Shown piece by piece: positions 1 through 12,085 of a stretch of 64,000 nucleotides of DNA. Each line of letters opens with the position of its first letter. The first letter of the stretch is position 1. Origin of the DNA: Octopus bimaculoides (taxonomy: Eukaryota). The position numbers were made by a program, and so were the translations under genes. Location of the stretch: NCBI RefSeq assembly GCF_001194135.2, contig NC_068981.1, forward strand, positions 120,194,214 through 120,258,213, read 5' to 3'. The notes beneath the pieces are model-generated. The model was not told the DNA's origin and did no database searches. It saw only the letters and a list, made by a program, of their open reading frames with translations.

Positions 1-290
1 ATTATTTGTATCTAAAGCGTCCCCTTTACCTTTGTAGCAGTTGACTATGATGCTGCTACACCAGTCATAGGGTATGACTCCTTCGTGTATCACCTGGTTC
101 GTAATACGGGTGACTAGGCTATAGCCAACACTGCCAGATATTTTGAGCATCTCTGCAGTGATTCCTGATGGGCCGGGGGCTTTCCCGGTTTTCATACTCT
201 TAATTGCTTTATCTACCCTGGTACTATCAACTCGGATAGCTGGTCCCTCTATTGGGTCGACATACGGCAGGCTCTCTTTCTCCCATTCAG
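1..290 (-). mobile_element. RTE-clade LINE, reverse transcriptase N-terminal fragment (runs off window)
   Basis: Stop-free minus frame: EWEKESLPYVDPIEGPAIRVDSTRVDKAIKSMKTGKAPGPSGITAEMLKISGSVGYSLVTRITNQVIHEGVIPYDWCSSIIVNCYKGKGDALDTNN. It has no ATG, so it is absent from the ORF track. Confidence 0.85.
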
Positions 291-313
291 ATATTTAGGG
301 ATTTTGGAGCTGG

Positions 314-1900
314 ATGACATTCAGAGAAATGAAAGCCAAGGTCAGCAAAACATATCAAAAAAGGGTGGAGATGGTGTTGAAATCCAACCTGAATGACAAA
401 AATTTGATTACTGCAATGAATATCTGGGCAGTTGCAGTGGTCAGATATAGTGCGTCCATCCTCAAATGGACTAAGGAGGAAATATCAACACTGGATAGAA
501 GGACGAGAAAGTTGATGACGCTGCATTGAGTGCTACACCCTAAAGCAAATGTAAACAGACTGTATATGAAAAGAAAGAGTGAACTAATTAGTATAGACCA
601 TTGTATAAGGAGTGAAAGGAGAATGCTTGCTGAGTATTTGATAGTGATGAAGACTTGCTGCAATATGCCGCAAAAGAGATGGGTGTAAATGCAAGGCAGA
701 GTTTAACCAAAGAGCTGAGAAGACAAAGAAGACCTTCTTGAAATGAGAATGCATGGACAGTTTAAAAGGAATATACAGGATCATCATCATCATCATCATC
801 ATCATCGTTTAACGTCTGCTTTCCATGCTAGCATGGGTTGGACGATTTGACTGAGGACTGGTGAAACCGGATGGCAACACCAGGCTCCAATCTAATTTGA
901 CAGAGTTTCTACAGCTGGATGCCCTTCCTAACGCCAACCACTCAGAGAGTGTAGTGGGTGCTTTTACGTGTCACCCGCACGAAGGCCAGTCAGGCGGTAC
1001 TGGCAACGGCCACGCTCGAAATGGTGTCTTTTATGTGCCACCCGCACAAAAGCCAGTCCAGGGGCACTGGCAACAATCTCGCTCGATGTTAAGGATAATA
1101 CAGCATCGTGCGTATGGCTTGAGCAAAGTGATTTGAAGCGAACCACCGAAAGCCTGATCATTGCTGCACAAGACCAGGCCCTCGCTACCAATTCAGTGAA
1201 GTATAACATCTATTAAATGTCTGACACCCAGAAATGCAGACTCTGTGGAAAGAGTGTGGAAAATGTCACACACTTGGAAAGTGGATGTGAGAGCCTTGCA
1301 CAAAAAGAATACAAGCGCTGCCACGATAAAGTGTGTGTGTGTCTTCATTGGTTCTTATGCTGTAAATACCAATATGAAGTAACAGAGAACTGGTATGAGC
1401 ATGTACCAAGTAAAATTATGCTGGAGGATGGAAAAGTAATGATACTCTGGGACTATGATTTTCAGACAGATCATGTAATCAAAACCATTGGCTGGATATT
1501 ATCATATTGAATAAGAGAGACAAATACTGTCAGATCATTGATGTATCCATACCAAATGAAATGAATGTTGTGAGTAAAGAGGTTGAAAAAAATCACCAAG
1601 TACTCCGAATTGAAAATGGAAATGGCAAGACTGTATGGAATGTGAGAGGGTAATGTAAAAGTGATACCAGTGGTGATTGGAGCGTTGGGCTTAATCCCAT
1701 TGAAACTTCAAAACTTCTTAAAGCAACTGGAAATCCCATGCAAGATTGATGTCTTGCAAAAAGCAACCTTATTGGGCACAGCGCACATTTTAAGGAAAGT
1801 ATTATCTGTCTGAGGTCCTTGTTGTGACTTGACAGATGACTAAAGACTCCGGTGCATTTTTACCTACACTATGTTACAAAGAAATAATATTAATAACAAC
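314..1900 (+). mobile_element. R4/Dong-like RLE non-LTR retrotransposon, 3' part, decayed, interrupted by an RTE tail
   Basis: LKSNLNDKNLITAMNIWAVAVVRYS...LDRRTRKLMTLH; CCHC knuckle CRLCGKSVENVTHLESGC; ILWDYDFQTD; IPVVIGALG. Frameshifts and stops present. Confidence 0.85.
781..1087 (-). mobile_element. Young RTE 3' UTR tail, 5'-truncated, (ATG)n terminus
   Basis: Near-identical to copies at 5206, 16645, 47200, 52448, 57660 and 62778; the family is contiguous with RTE ORF sequence at 32110-32995 and 62778-63610. Confidence 0.9.
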
Positions 1901-2689
1901 CATTCCATTTTAAGTAACTCAATTATTGTTTTCTTGAAGCATTTCCACATTCATAGTGTTTGTATGCTGCAATTACTAAACCCTTGAAATAGTGTATGCC
2001 CCATACAAGCAGCAGCAGTGAATCTTTCAGCAACCTATTTTTCACTCTACTGCTTTTGCTGATCATTAATATCCTTTTTACCATCTCCTACTACCATCAT
2101 TTCCACTCCCCTTCCATTAGCTGATCTCAGTAAAGTACATATTTAAGGTAATTATTAATACATTAAAATGGTCTGCTGCTGCTGCTAATTCTATATATGT
2201 CTGTGGGGTTGAGAGATTGTTTCAGACATAGTGATGGTTCCTTACTCTATTCCTGAGATTCTTTATTCACACCATGCTACAAAGCTAATAGTATTTTCTA
2301 TGGAAAATATATCACTGCCCCATATACATACATAACTAAATTAATGTCTATACATCTCTATTAAAAATTAACCTGCTTTTTGTTAGTATTCAGTTTTATG
2401 TTAAACACTTATTAAATGAGTTATTTGATCTATATTTATTGATGAAAGGAAGTTTCAACTATAAAAAAAACAACAACTTTGGCTGTGTGCAGGCACAGCC
2501 AAAGTTGGTTAAGAAGCTCACTTTGGAACTACATGGCTTTGGGTTCAGTTCTACTGTGCAGCACCTTAACTCTTTAGCATTTAAACTGACCATATCTAGC
2601 TAAACTATTCTACCTGTTTTATGTTGTAAAAAAGCTATATCTGGCTTCTCACACCTACCCTACAATAGCATTAAGAAAAAAAAAACCAA

Positions 2690-2901
2690 TCTTTTCTACT
2701 ATAGACATTAGGCCTAAAATTTGGGGGAGGGGTATAGTTGATTACATCGATCCCAGTACTCAACTGGTACTTATTTTATCAATCCTGGAAAGATGAAAGG
2801 CAAAGTCGATCTCAGCGGAATTTGAACTCAGAACGTAGCTACAGACGAAATACCTCTAAGCATTTCGCCTGGCATGCTAACAATTCTGCCAGCTTGTCGC
2901 C

Positions 2902-2938
<37 letters not shown>

Positions 2939-2958
2939 TAACAATAACAATAATAATA

Positions 2959-2990
<32 letters not shown>

Positions 2991-3200
2991 AATGATAATC
3001 TCTTCTACTAAATGCACAAAACCTGAAATTTTTTGGGAGGAGACTAGTTGATTACATTGACCCAGTGTTTCACTGGTACTTACTTTATTGACCTCGAAAG
3101 GATGAAAGGCAAAGTTGACCATGGCAGAATTTGAACTCAGAACGTAGCAACAGGGAAAATAGTACTAAGCATTTCACCTGGTGCTCTAATGATTCTCACC
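2690..3200 (-). mobile_element. Two tandem tRNA-derived SINEs (Meta-domain-like family)
   Basis: tRNA-like head (GGCAGAAT...GTTCTGAGTTCAAATT) plus core GACTTTGCCTTTCATCCTTT..GGTCGATAAAATAAGTACCAG. Further copies near 9350, 27055, 29170, 34440-34975, 55590-55950, 59430 and 60520-61270. Confidence 0.75.
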
Positions 3201-3204
3201 ACCT

Positions 3205-3659
3205 ATAATAATAATAATAATAATAATAATCTATTCTTTTATTAGCCACAAGGGCTTACATACAAAACATTAAATCACATACAACAACATAAAAGACAAA
3301 AACAGGACAATACAATGGGTTTTTGCGTGTACACAATGTAATAAAAACATTGAACAAATTAAAACTCCCAACAGGAGAGGTACTTTAAGGTCCTCATGGA
3401 AAAACCCTTAAAAGCCATGGGTGCCTGAACAACAGGGCAAGAGCTCTTCTTTTTTTTTTTTACAGGTGCACTCTCAGAACTGGTCTTTTCACACTGGCCA
3501 TTCTTCCAGCATTCACCCACCTTTCAACAAACTTGCTAGAAGGCAACACTTCCCTCTCCATCCTCAACTTCCTTTTCAAGTGAAACTTGAAAAAGTTGAT
3601 GAGGGCTTGGCCAAAGAGGAAAGTGTCTGTCTTTAAGCCCTTTCAAACAGGTCCACCAT
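3205..3659 (-). mobile_element. Tx1/L1-like LINE 3' end
   Basis: Minus-strand C-terminus (WWTCLKGLK...NFFKFHLKRKLRMEREVLPSSKFVERWVN...) with a frameshift, then a UTR ending in (TTA)n; the 5' side runs into a gap. Confidence 0.55.
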
Positions 3660-4719
3660 NNNNNNNNNNNNNNNNNNNNNNNNNNNNNNNNNNNNNNNNN
3701 NNNNNNNNNNNNNNNNNNNNNNNNNNNNNNNNNNNNNNNNNNNNNNNNNNNNNNNNNNNNNNNNNNNNNNNNNNNNNNNNNNNNNNNNNNNNNNNNNNNN
3801 NNNNNNNNNNNNNNNNNNNNNNNNNNNNNNNNNNNNNNNNNNNNNNNNNNNNNNNNNNNNNNNNNNNNNNNNNNNNNNNNNNNNNNNNNNNNNNNNNNNN
3901 NNNNNNNNNNNNNNNNNNNNNNNNNNNNNNNNNNNNNNNNNNNNNNNNNNNNNNNNNNNNNNNNNNNNNNNNNNNNNNNNNNNNNNNNNNNNNNNNNNNN
4001 NNNNNNNNNNNNNNNNNNNNNNNNNNNNNNNNNNNNNNNNNNNNNNNNNNNNNNNNNNNNNNNNNNNNNNNNNNNNNNTATATATATATGTGTGTGTGTG
4101 TATGAGCGTGTGTGTCTGTGTTTGTCCATCACCCACTTCTTGACAACCTGTATTGGTTTGTTTATGTCTTTGTAACTTAGCAATTCAGCAAAAGAGACTG
4201 ATAGAATAAATACCAGACTTTAAAAATAAGTCCTGGGGTTGATTTGTTTGACTAAAACCTTTCAAGGTGATGCTCCAGCAGGGCTGCAGTCCGACGACTG
4301 AAACCTGTAAAAAGTAAAAGACATCTTATTTAACGAGTACTTTTTTTTGTATTCTTTGTAAATTAAAATATTTCTCTCTCTTCCTCCCTCTTTCTGTCTC
4401 TCCATTTTTTCTCTCCCTCTTTATCTGTCTCTCTCCCCCTTTTCACTTTCTTTCTCTTTCGTCTCTCTCTTTCTCCTCCCCCCACTTCTCTTTCAGACTT
4501 CGCTGAGAAATTAAGAAGTTAACTCCATGTAAGGTCCTTGGTTTCATTCCACTGTGTCACACCATGGGCAACTGTTTTATTTCATGGCTTTGGATTGACC
4601 CAAACCTTGAAAGTGAAACTGAGTCTGCTAGAAACTGTATAGAAGCCTGTCAGATGGATTGCACCTGTAATTCAAGGTTTCAACTTCACCACACTATGTC
4701 ATGCTGATTCATCTTTTAC

Positions 4720-5115
4720 CTTTTACTAGTTTCAGTCATTAAATTGTGGCCATGCTGGGGCACTGCTTTGAAGAAGTTTTAGCTGATTCAATCAACTCCA
4801 ATACTTTTTGTTTTAAAAGCCAGTATTTATTCTATCAGTATCTTTTGCTGAACTGCTCAGTTATGGAGATGTAAACATACTAATTGACACACCAGTTGTC
4901 AAGCAGTGGTTGAGGACAAATACAGACGCAAAGACACACACACACAGATATACAATAGGCTTCTTTCAGTTTCTGTCAACCAAATCCACTCACAAAGCTT
5001 TGGTTGGGCTAAGGCTACAGTTGAAGACACTTGCCCAAGGTGCCACACAGTGGGGCTGAACCCGGAACTATGTGGTTGGGAAGCAAGCTTCTTACCATAC
5101 AGCCATGCCCATGCC
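4720..5115 (-). mobile_element. tRNA-derived SINE (OR/OK-like, CORE-like CCTTGGGCAAG segment)
   Basis: Head GGCATGGCTGTGTGGTAAGAAGCTTGCTTCCCAACCACATGGTTCCGGGTTCAGTCCC, internal (TG)n, 3' ...GACTGAAACAAGTAAAAG. Other copies: 4079-4320(+), 17395-17760(-), 18480-19245(-), 19378-19770(+), 21480-21720(-), 22080-22290(+), 22540-22845(-), 53370-53500(-). Confidence 0.8.
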
Positions 5116-5205
5116 TAGAAAAAATCAATCACATAAAGACAGATGAAATGCCGCTAACCATTCTGGCCAGCTTGCCACATTCAGAATTATATTAAAGGTA
5201 CACAT

Positions 5206-5256
<51 letters not shown>

Positions 5257-5425
5257 GTTTAACGTCCGCTTTCCATGCTAGCATGGGTTGGACGATTTGA
5301 CTGAGGACTGGTGAAACCGGATGGCAACACCAGGCTCCAGTCTGATTTGGCAGAGTTTCTACAGCTGGATGCCCTTCCTAACGCCAACCACTCAGAGAGT
5401 GTAGTGGGTGCTTTTACGTGTCACC
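5206..5425 (-). mobile_element. Young RTE 3' UTR tail
   Basis: (CAT)n followed by sequence almost identical to 781-975. Confidence 0.9.
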
Positions 5426-6373
5426 AGTATAATAATCAGCCACTTTGCTTGCTAATTCCATGTTCAGTTGAGTGGACACCCATATGACATCCTTGATAGA
5501 AAACCTTATCATTTGATCAAAGCAGGCTTGAGTATAAAATTCTATGCTGATGAAGTCCAATAAAATCAAAACATGTTCATAGTTGTACCCCTTGTCTGCA
5601 AGCAAAAGTCAGTTTCACCCTTAAACATGTAAATCAGTTTTGTAAAATTGATTCTTAATTTCTTGAAATTATTTCTCTTTTTCTTTCAAAGTCACTAACA
5701 ATAACAACTAGGTGTTAGTTCATATTTTTCTCCAACAAAAAGGGAAATTTCATTTAATTGAGAAATTGTATATACACCATTTAGTACATCAACTTGTAGT
5801 TTATTTATAGTTAAGTGAACCAATTCTAGCATACCACTGATTTTTTTTAATTGTCACTTAAATTCCAAACAGGAAGTTGTCTCTGGCAAGATCTGAATTC
5901 CAGTTTGCATTCAGGACAGGGAGGAATGAAATACAAAACCATAATTCTCATCTTTATTTAGTTTAATGGCAGCAGTAGCATCTTCTTGGTCATTATTAAA
6001 TCAATAGTGACTCAGTCATCACCGTGTTGGAGACACACCCTAACATAGAAGTAATATATGTTAGAATATGTTAGAGAAAGGTCAGCATACTTTAATAGTG
6101 TTAGTATTTTTCGTTAGCTTTAGGAGATTTTTTTATAATGAGAATAAAACCTCTGAGGGTTGTTGTAGACATTATGTTGCATAAAAGGTTATCACAATAA
6201 AAATAAATTGAAAAACACATTAGCATTGGTTTTGATTGTTTTTAGAACCCAGAAAGGAGCTGTCTGGTATTAGCATTTTCTTTTTGTGTTGGAGGGAGGT
6301 GTCTTGGATAATAATGATACTGCTAGCTTCTGTTGTCTACTCAAGGTTCTCCAAACAATAGGCTGCAGCACAT

Positions 6374-6590
6374 TAACCCTTTAGTATTTAAACTGGTCTT
6401 ATCAGACCCAGATATTCTACCTGTTTTATGTTCAAACCAGCCAGATTCAGCCTCTCACACATACTCTACCATGTCATTCTAAGAAACAAGCACATCATTG
6501 AAATCTCAAAGCAACGAGATAATGCATGATTAATTGAAAACAATGTAAATAAATAAGCATTATGTTAACATAGTAGAATTCTAATGTGTT
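6374..6590 (+). mobile_element. piggyBac-like MITE, family A
   Basis: Starts TTAACCCTTTAG; homologous to 2566-2680, 38424-38647 and 49806-50008. Confidence 0.65.
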
Positions 6591-7479
6591 AATGTCGTAC
6601 AAGCTGAAGCTATATGTATCACATAATCATCATCATTTAACGTCCATTTTCCAGGCTGACATTGATTGATCAGTTTGACAAGAATCTGAAGAGTTGAAGA
6701 AATTCAGTGGGCTCCAGTGTCTACATTGGTTTGGTTTCTATGACTCTGCTCACTCTAATGCCAACCAATTTACAGTGTATATTGGGTGCTTTTTTTGTGT
6801 CACTAGCATAGTGAAATTATCAAATAGAAAATGAAATTATTTTCAAAGCACATGATGAATTCAAACTGGAATTCTAGGTATAGACTTAATAAACATGTTT
6901 CATTTATTGAATAAAATACTTATAGAAAATTATAAATTCAGCTCATGGAAGACAAAAGTGTGGAAGTATTGTATGATAGAGGTTTTATTCACATTCTCTT
7001 CTGGTTGCTGTGTCTTTCTAGTTGTCACAAATTATATTGACTAGTGTAGATAGTACATATGAGGTTTTCATTTTGACATCAAGGAAATATCACACAGGGA
7101 TAATAAACACATAAAAGAAGACTTTTGCAAACTGAAAGGTATGAATATCATATATAAACTCAAAGAAGTGGATGTGCGAAGATGTGAATGTTGCTGAGTA
7201 ATCAGTGTCATTGAGATGAATATGAACACACTGTTTTACAAGTAGGTTGTGGACAGGTCACATATATACATTTGTGTGAAAGTATATCAACATAGAAAAT
7301 GGACATAAAATGACAAGGATGATAGGCACATATGTAAATATTACATCTGTACAATGTAGGGAGGTATGTACAGGGTATGTCAGGGTATGTACAGTGTATA
7401 TATTTGAGAAAAACAACAATAACAAGCATAAAGAAACATAAATTTTATCAGGGAAACAACACACATGTTCAACTAGATA

Positions 7480-8000
7480 CCTCAAAGAAACAGACCAGGC
7501 CCAGGTGGTCTCTTCATAACATTCACCATGCCAACAACACTAGCTCCTTAATTGTCCTTGGCACTGTGGGACTGTCAGCTGTTCTTCTCTCAGTGACACT
7601 AATGATGTGCCAGTCTAGAGATTTCAAATAAAGTCATATGATTACCAGGTCCCCTTAGATTTGCTAGACATGAACTGTCCTCTCTCATCACATAGGACTT
7701 GCAATTGATGTCCTTGTGCACCACATCACAGAGAAGGGTCTGTCACCTTGGGCTTGGTAACAAAACTCTCCTTGTTCTACTGGGGTTGTCATTGACAATA
7801 TCTTGGATGAACTTGACCATCCTGTCACCCTCTGCTGAGAATGTTCCAACTCTTACCTGCCTGTGAACATGAAAAACCTAGCCATGTTCAAGAAGTTGGC
7901 AATTTCTGAATTGCTGTATTTGGTGGCTAGAGCCACAAGCATGGTATACCTCTTCATTTTCTGTATCAGAATAGGATCTGCTATGTTGATATGTCCAAGG
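7480..8000 (-). mobile_element. Decayed Tc1/mariner (maT-like) transposase fragment
   Basis: Minus-strand KMKRYTMLVALATKYSNSEIANFL resembles the N-terminus of the better preserved copy at 30370-31400. Confidence 0.5.
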
Positions 8001-8199
8001 GAAAAATGAGTAAGTCGATATTTTGAGTAACTTTATGTCAGCTTGCTTTCCATTTATGGTCTGCTAAAGTTTTGTTTTTTTTCACAGATGCTCAGTGCAT
8101 TTTGTATACATGCTGTTTATGAGAACTGTTAGAAATGAGTTGAGGATTTGTTTATTCATTTAGTTTGGCTTGTACCACATGTAAAAGTAGTTGAATGAA

Positions 8200-8740
8200 G
8201 TCTTTTGTTGGTTACTTTTGATGCAAAGAAGTCAGAAGTGATCTAAACTGTGAGTGAAAGGTATTGTAACAGTCCTAGTTGTAGCTTTGTTAGTTGGAGG
8301 CATGATTGTGAAGTAGAGATGATGAGTTTGTAACTGTATTCTACTCATATTTGTGTTTAGTATTACTTCATGATACCTTTTGCTCATGTTGATCTGATAA
8401 AAGCTTTGTCTGATTTGGTACATAGCAACTAGTCTGCTTTTTATTTCTGCTCTATCTTCTGTGGGATGATCAGCATCATTACCTTTGGTGAACAACTCTA
8501 GTGCTCCATACTAGGGCTGATCTAGAAATGGTTTCCCTAGTATGCTACCATCATTGCTGTGTCTTCTATAAGACAATTGGTAACACTCTCACTCATCTTT
8601 TGTTGTAGTAAACTGTTCATTCAACTGTTCTGGTTGTTGCCTAACACAACATTGAAACAACTTAACAACACTCATTAATATAGTATGTGCTCTAAGTCAC
8701 TGATTGATCTGAAAGGGATGACTTGGGCATGTCTGTTGAC
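8200..8740 (-). mobile_element. Old RTE-like LINE fragment
   Basis: EDRAEIKSRLVAMYQIRQSF..INMSKR resembles the post-RT region of RTE elements; heavily decayed. Confidence 0.4.
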
Positions 8741-10298
8741 AAAAAAGGACGAAATAAGTGTGCTAGCTAATTAATTCAAAAGGTGATCATGTAGGTATAC
8801 CTCTGAACTTACATGAACAAACTGTTGCACCAGTTGATTGCTCCAGATAGTGGTGATGTAGGGCAGCATTAGCCCCAGCTGGTCTGAGGATAGATTTGGT
8901 TACCAGCAAATTTAAATTATGAATTTACGTTTGTGTTATTGGCACATCGTGAATGTAACATGAAATATTCACTCTATACTTAAATTAACCAAAGGCTAAA
9001 ATACAGAAATACTTTAGTTAATACATTTTCTTTGACTCTGTCTACAATGTCTGGTGAAATATTTTTACCATGGATAAACAGTTTGGGAATCATTGGTCTC
9101 AGTACCAGCTCATGGAAAAATTTAAGTGCATTCATGGAAACTGGTGAAACCCTCATCCTTTATACAATACTTACACTGTTGATAGCTCTAGTCTGTACGA
9201 CTATATGAAACTTACTTATTGCTTGGTGTACTGAATCAGTGAAAGTTGAGTATGTTTATCAAAAATGAAATATAGTTGTTGGACATAACCAATGCCCTGT
9301 CAGCTGTTTGGTTGGCACACTAGTAGCCCTCCAAAGAGCAATTTAATTAATTCTAGCTTTGCCACAAAGCCAGCAATTTTTTGAGGAGAGAGGGAAGGTT
9401 GTTTACGTCACCTCCAATGCTCAACTGGTACAAGAGGAGGAAAAACAAAATTGACTTCAGTAACATTTGAACTCAGAATGTAAAAATGTTAAAAGCCAGA
9501 AGAAATGCTGGTAAGTATTTTGTCTGGTTGAGTAACAATTGTGCCAGTATCCTGCCTTTAAAAAACGGGGGCAAAATAATAAGAATACAATGTAATACTT
9601 CAAATATGAAACAGATGAAAGTGAGAAGTTACGCTAAATTTCATGTTAAATTACAAAGATATTTATCATAGTAAACATCTACAATCACTACTAAACCTCC
9701 ACCACTCCCTTGCTATAATTTGTTTAAAGTCAGAGATGAATTTGGGTGAATGATGATCAGGAAGTATACTAGAAATTCAATGAAAATCTACATAAAAATG
9801 AACTAATTACAGATAGAAGTGGCAAACTGGTTTAAATTAACCTCTGATATGAAGATGATGTGAGATAAGATGAGATTGGATTTATGCCAATAACAAGCTG
9901 GCCTGGTGTTGCTGTTTATCATTGACTATGAAAAGTATGAAAAGCAATGTGTGATGTTACAGAGCTCATGAAAGGATGTTTTTTTTCTATTTATTTGTTA
10001 TTGTTCTTATTATCCAGCAGCAACAGCTACACTGGTTTTGCCAGGCCCATTTGAGTAAACCTGTGATCTAGAAAGAGCCTCTATGTGGTTGTTTGACTTC
10101 TATTCTTTTATTGATTTAATTCATTGAACTGCAGTTATTCCAGGTACTGCCTTCAAGGAAATAAAAGATCATATCAACTGCAGTGCTTATTTCAGTCTGA
10201 TACTTATTTTATTGAAAGCTGTTTGCTGAACTGCTAAGATAGAAAATATTAAAGAAGCAGCATCAAAACTACACTAGTTTGTTAAAACTAATGTGTGT

Positions 10299-10336
<38 letters not shown>

Positions 10337-11040
10337 NNNNNNNNNNCACACACACACACACACACACATGCACACACACACACACACACGCACACAGGAT
10401 TGGTTATACAAATAAAAGAAACAGAACTCAGTACTTTAAGTAGAATATCTATACTATTCATAACTGAGAAGCTACTTCAATAATTCAAGAAGCTGCAGTT
10501 TCTTATGTGTGCATACATGCATACGCATGCGTGCACAATGTACATGCTGTCTAGCTTTTACTCAGTGCACATCCCTGCTCAAAGTTGCTGTGCTTTCTGT
10601 TGAATCCCTTATGGGAAAATAGTTTCAGTTTACAAACATTTTGGGTGACAAACAACCTTCAGGAATGAATTAAATTCATAAATTGAGGTTCCACTGTATA
10701 CGTAGACACAGTAGGCTTCTGTACAGTTCCTACCAAACTCCAGTTGGCCACCTCAAACAGAACATCTGCTTTAAAGTGAAAAGTTTGTATTGGAATCAGA
10801 GATCTTGAGATATGGGTTAAACATGATGAGGGAGATACAGAGCGTTATATTGTTAAGCAGCTATATAGAAACCCCTGTATTGGCTCATCTTTATTTTCTT
10901 GTTGTTGTTAAGTCCTAGAACAGATCTGATTTTCTAAACCTATGATGAAAGGCACTCCAGCTGTGAATATCCCCTGTCTGTGTATATTATGCACCACATT
11001 GTTCTGTGTATCCTTTATTTAAGTTGGTTGCATATAACTT

Positions 11041-11079
<39 letters not shown>

Positions 11080-11429
11080 GTTATTTTTAGCATGTTGAGC
11101 CACTGCATAGAAACTCCCTGATTGTTGTTAATTTTGGTGGTGAGTGAGCCAGAGGTTTTTTCTTTGATGCTGCCTATTTACAGCTGAATGGACTGAGTCA
11201 CAATAAAATAGTTGTCTTCACCACACTTTCAATATAAAATAATCAGATATGAAAATATGCTATTTCAAGCATTTTTATTCATTTATTTATTTATTTATTT
11301 GTTTTTCACAAATCCCATTCTACATCAATGTAAGGATCAATTCATAATATTACCAACAAGCCATCTTGAGCTGTCTTCAAAAACCCTATTAAATTATGAT
11401 CCCTAGAAAACTTGTAGACTTTGGCTGCT

Positions 11430-11760
11430 ACACAAGAATGTTAAGAATGACTCTGAATATCACATGGAGAGCTCATTTAACTAATGAGCAGCTTTATCAA
11501 GATCTGCCCAAAACGACTGAGAAAATTCAGCAGAGAAGAATGAGTGTTGCTAATCATTGAGTCTGGCACACAGAAGAACCTGGGTGTCAACTGGTCTTAT
11601 GGTAGTCAGTTGAAGGAAGAATCAACAAGGGAAGAAAACATCTAACCTATGTGGACAACTTGCTCAGGACAGTGAAATGGCAAATGTTGATGAATTAAGA
11701 ACATGTATGGGGGACCATAATGGATGGTGTGTTTGTGTGAAATCATTGAAGCATTCAGAA
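11430..11760 (+). mobile_element. RTE/RTE-X LINE 3' fragment
   Basis: ALNITWRAHLTNEQLYQDLPKTTEKIQQRR...HLTYVDNL; a related fragment lies at 54830-55050. Confidence 0.6.
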
Positions 11761-11934
11761 GAACTGCCAAACTTACTATTTGTTTATTTATTTATTTATT
11801 TGTGATGTTTGCTGAAATAAAAATGTAAATTTTCCAATTCCTCTCATATCTAGATTTACTTATATATAATACCAATTTATTATCATGATAGCAGTAATCT
11901 ATATTTTGTTTTAATTTATTTTTTATTTTTTCAG

Positions 11935-12085
11935 TTACATAGCATGGAATTTCCACGAGCCTTTACCTAAAGTCTACCAGTTTTCTGGGGATCATGATTT
12001 GGTAGGATTTTTGAAAACGGCTCAAGATGTTGGCTTGTTGGTAATATTACGTATTGGTCCTTACATTGATGCAGAATGGGATTTT
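11935..12085 (+). CDS. GLB1: GLB1 exon (human exon 3 equivalent, 151 bp)
   Basis: tcag|T TAC ... TTT|gtgag; [50 protein letters not shown]. Confidence 0.97.

Noticed and set aside
8730-8760. GGACGAAA hammerhead-like fragment
   Set aside because: No intact CUGANGA core or stem I; probably chance within a decayed LINE.
1-11934. GLB1 exons 1-2 or a nested TMPPE-like gene
   Set aside because: No SGSIHY or AGLNAIQ-like coding sequence or other credible exon was found; these probably lie upstream of the window, though the 3660-4078 gap cannot be inspected.
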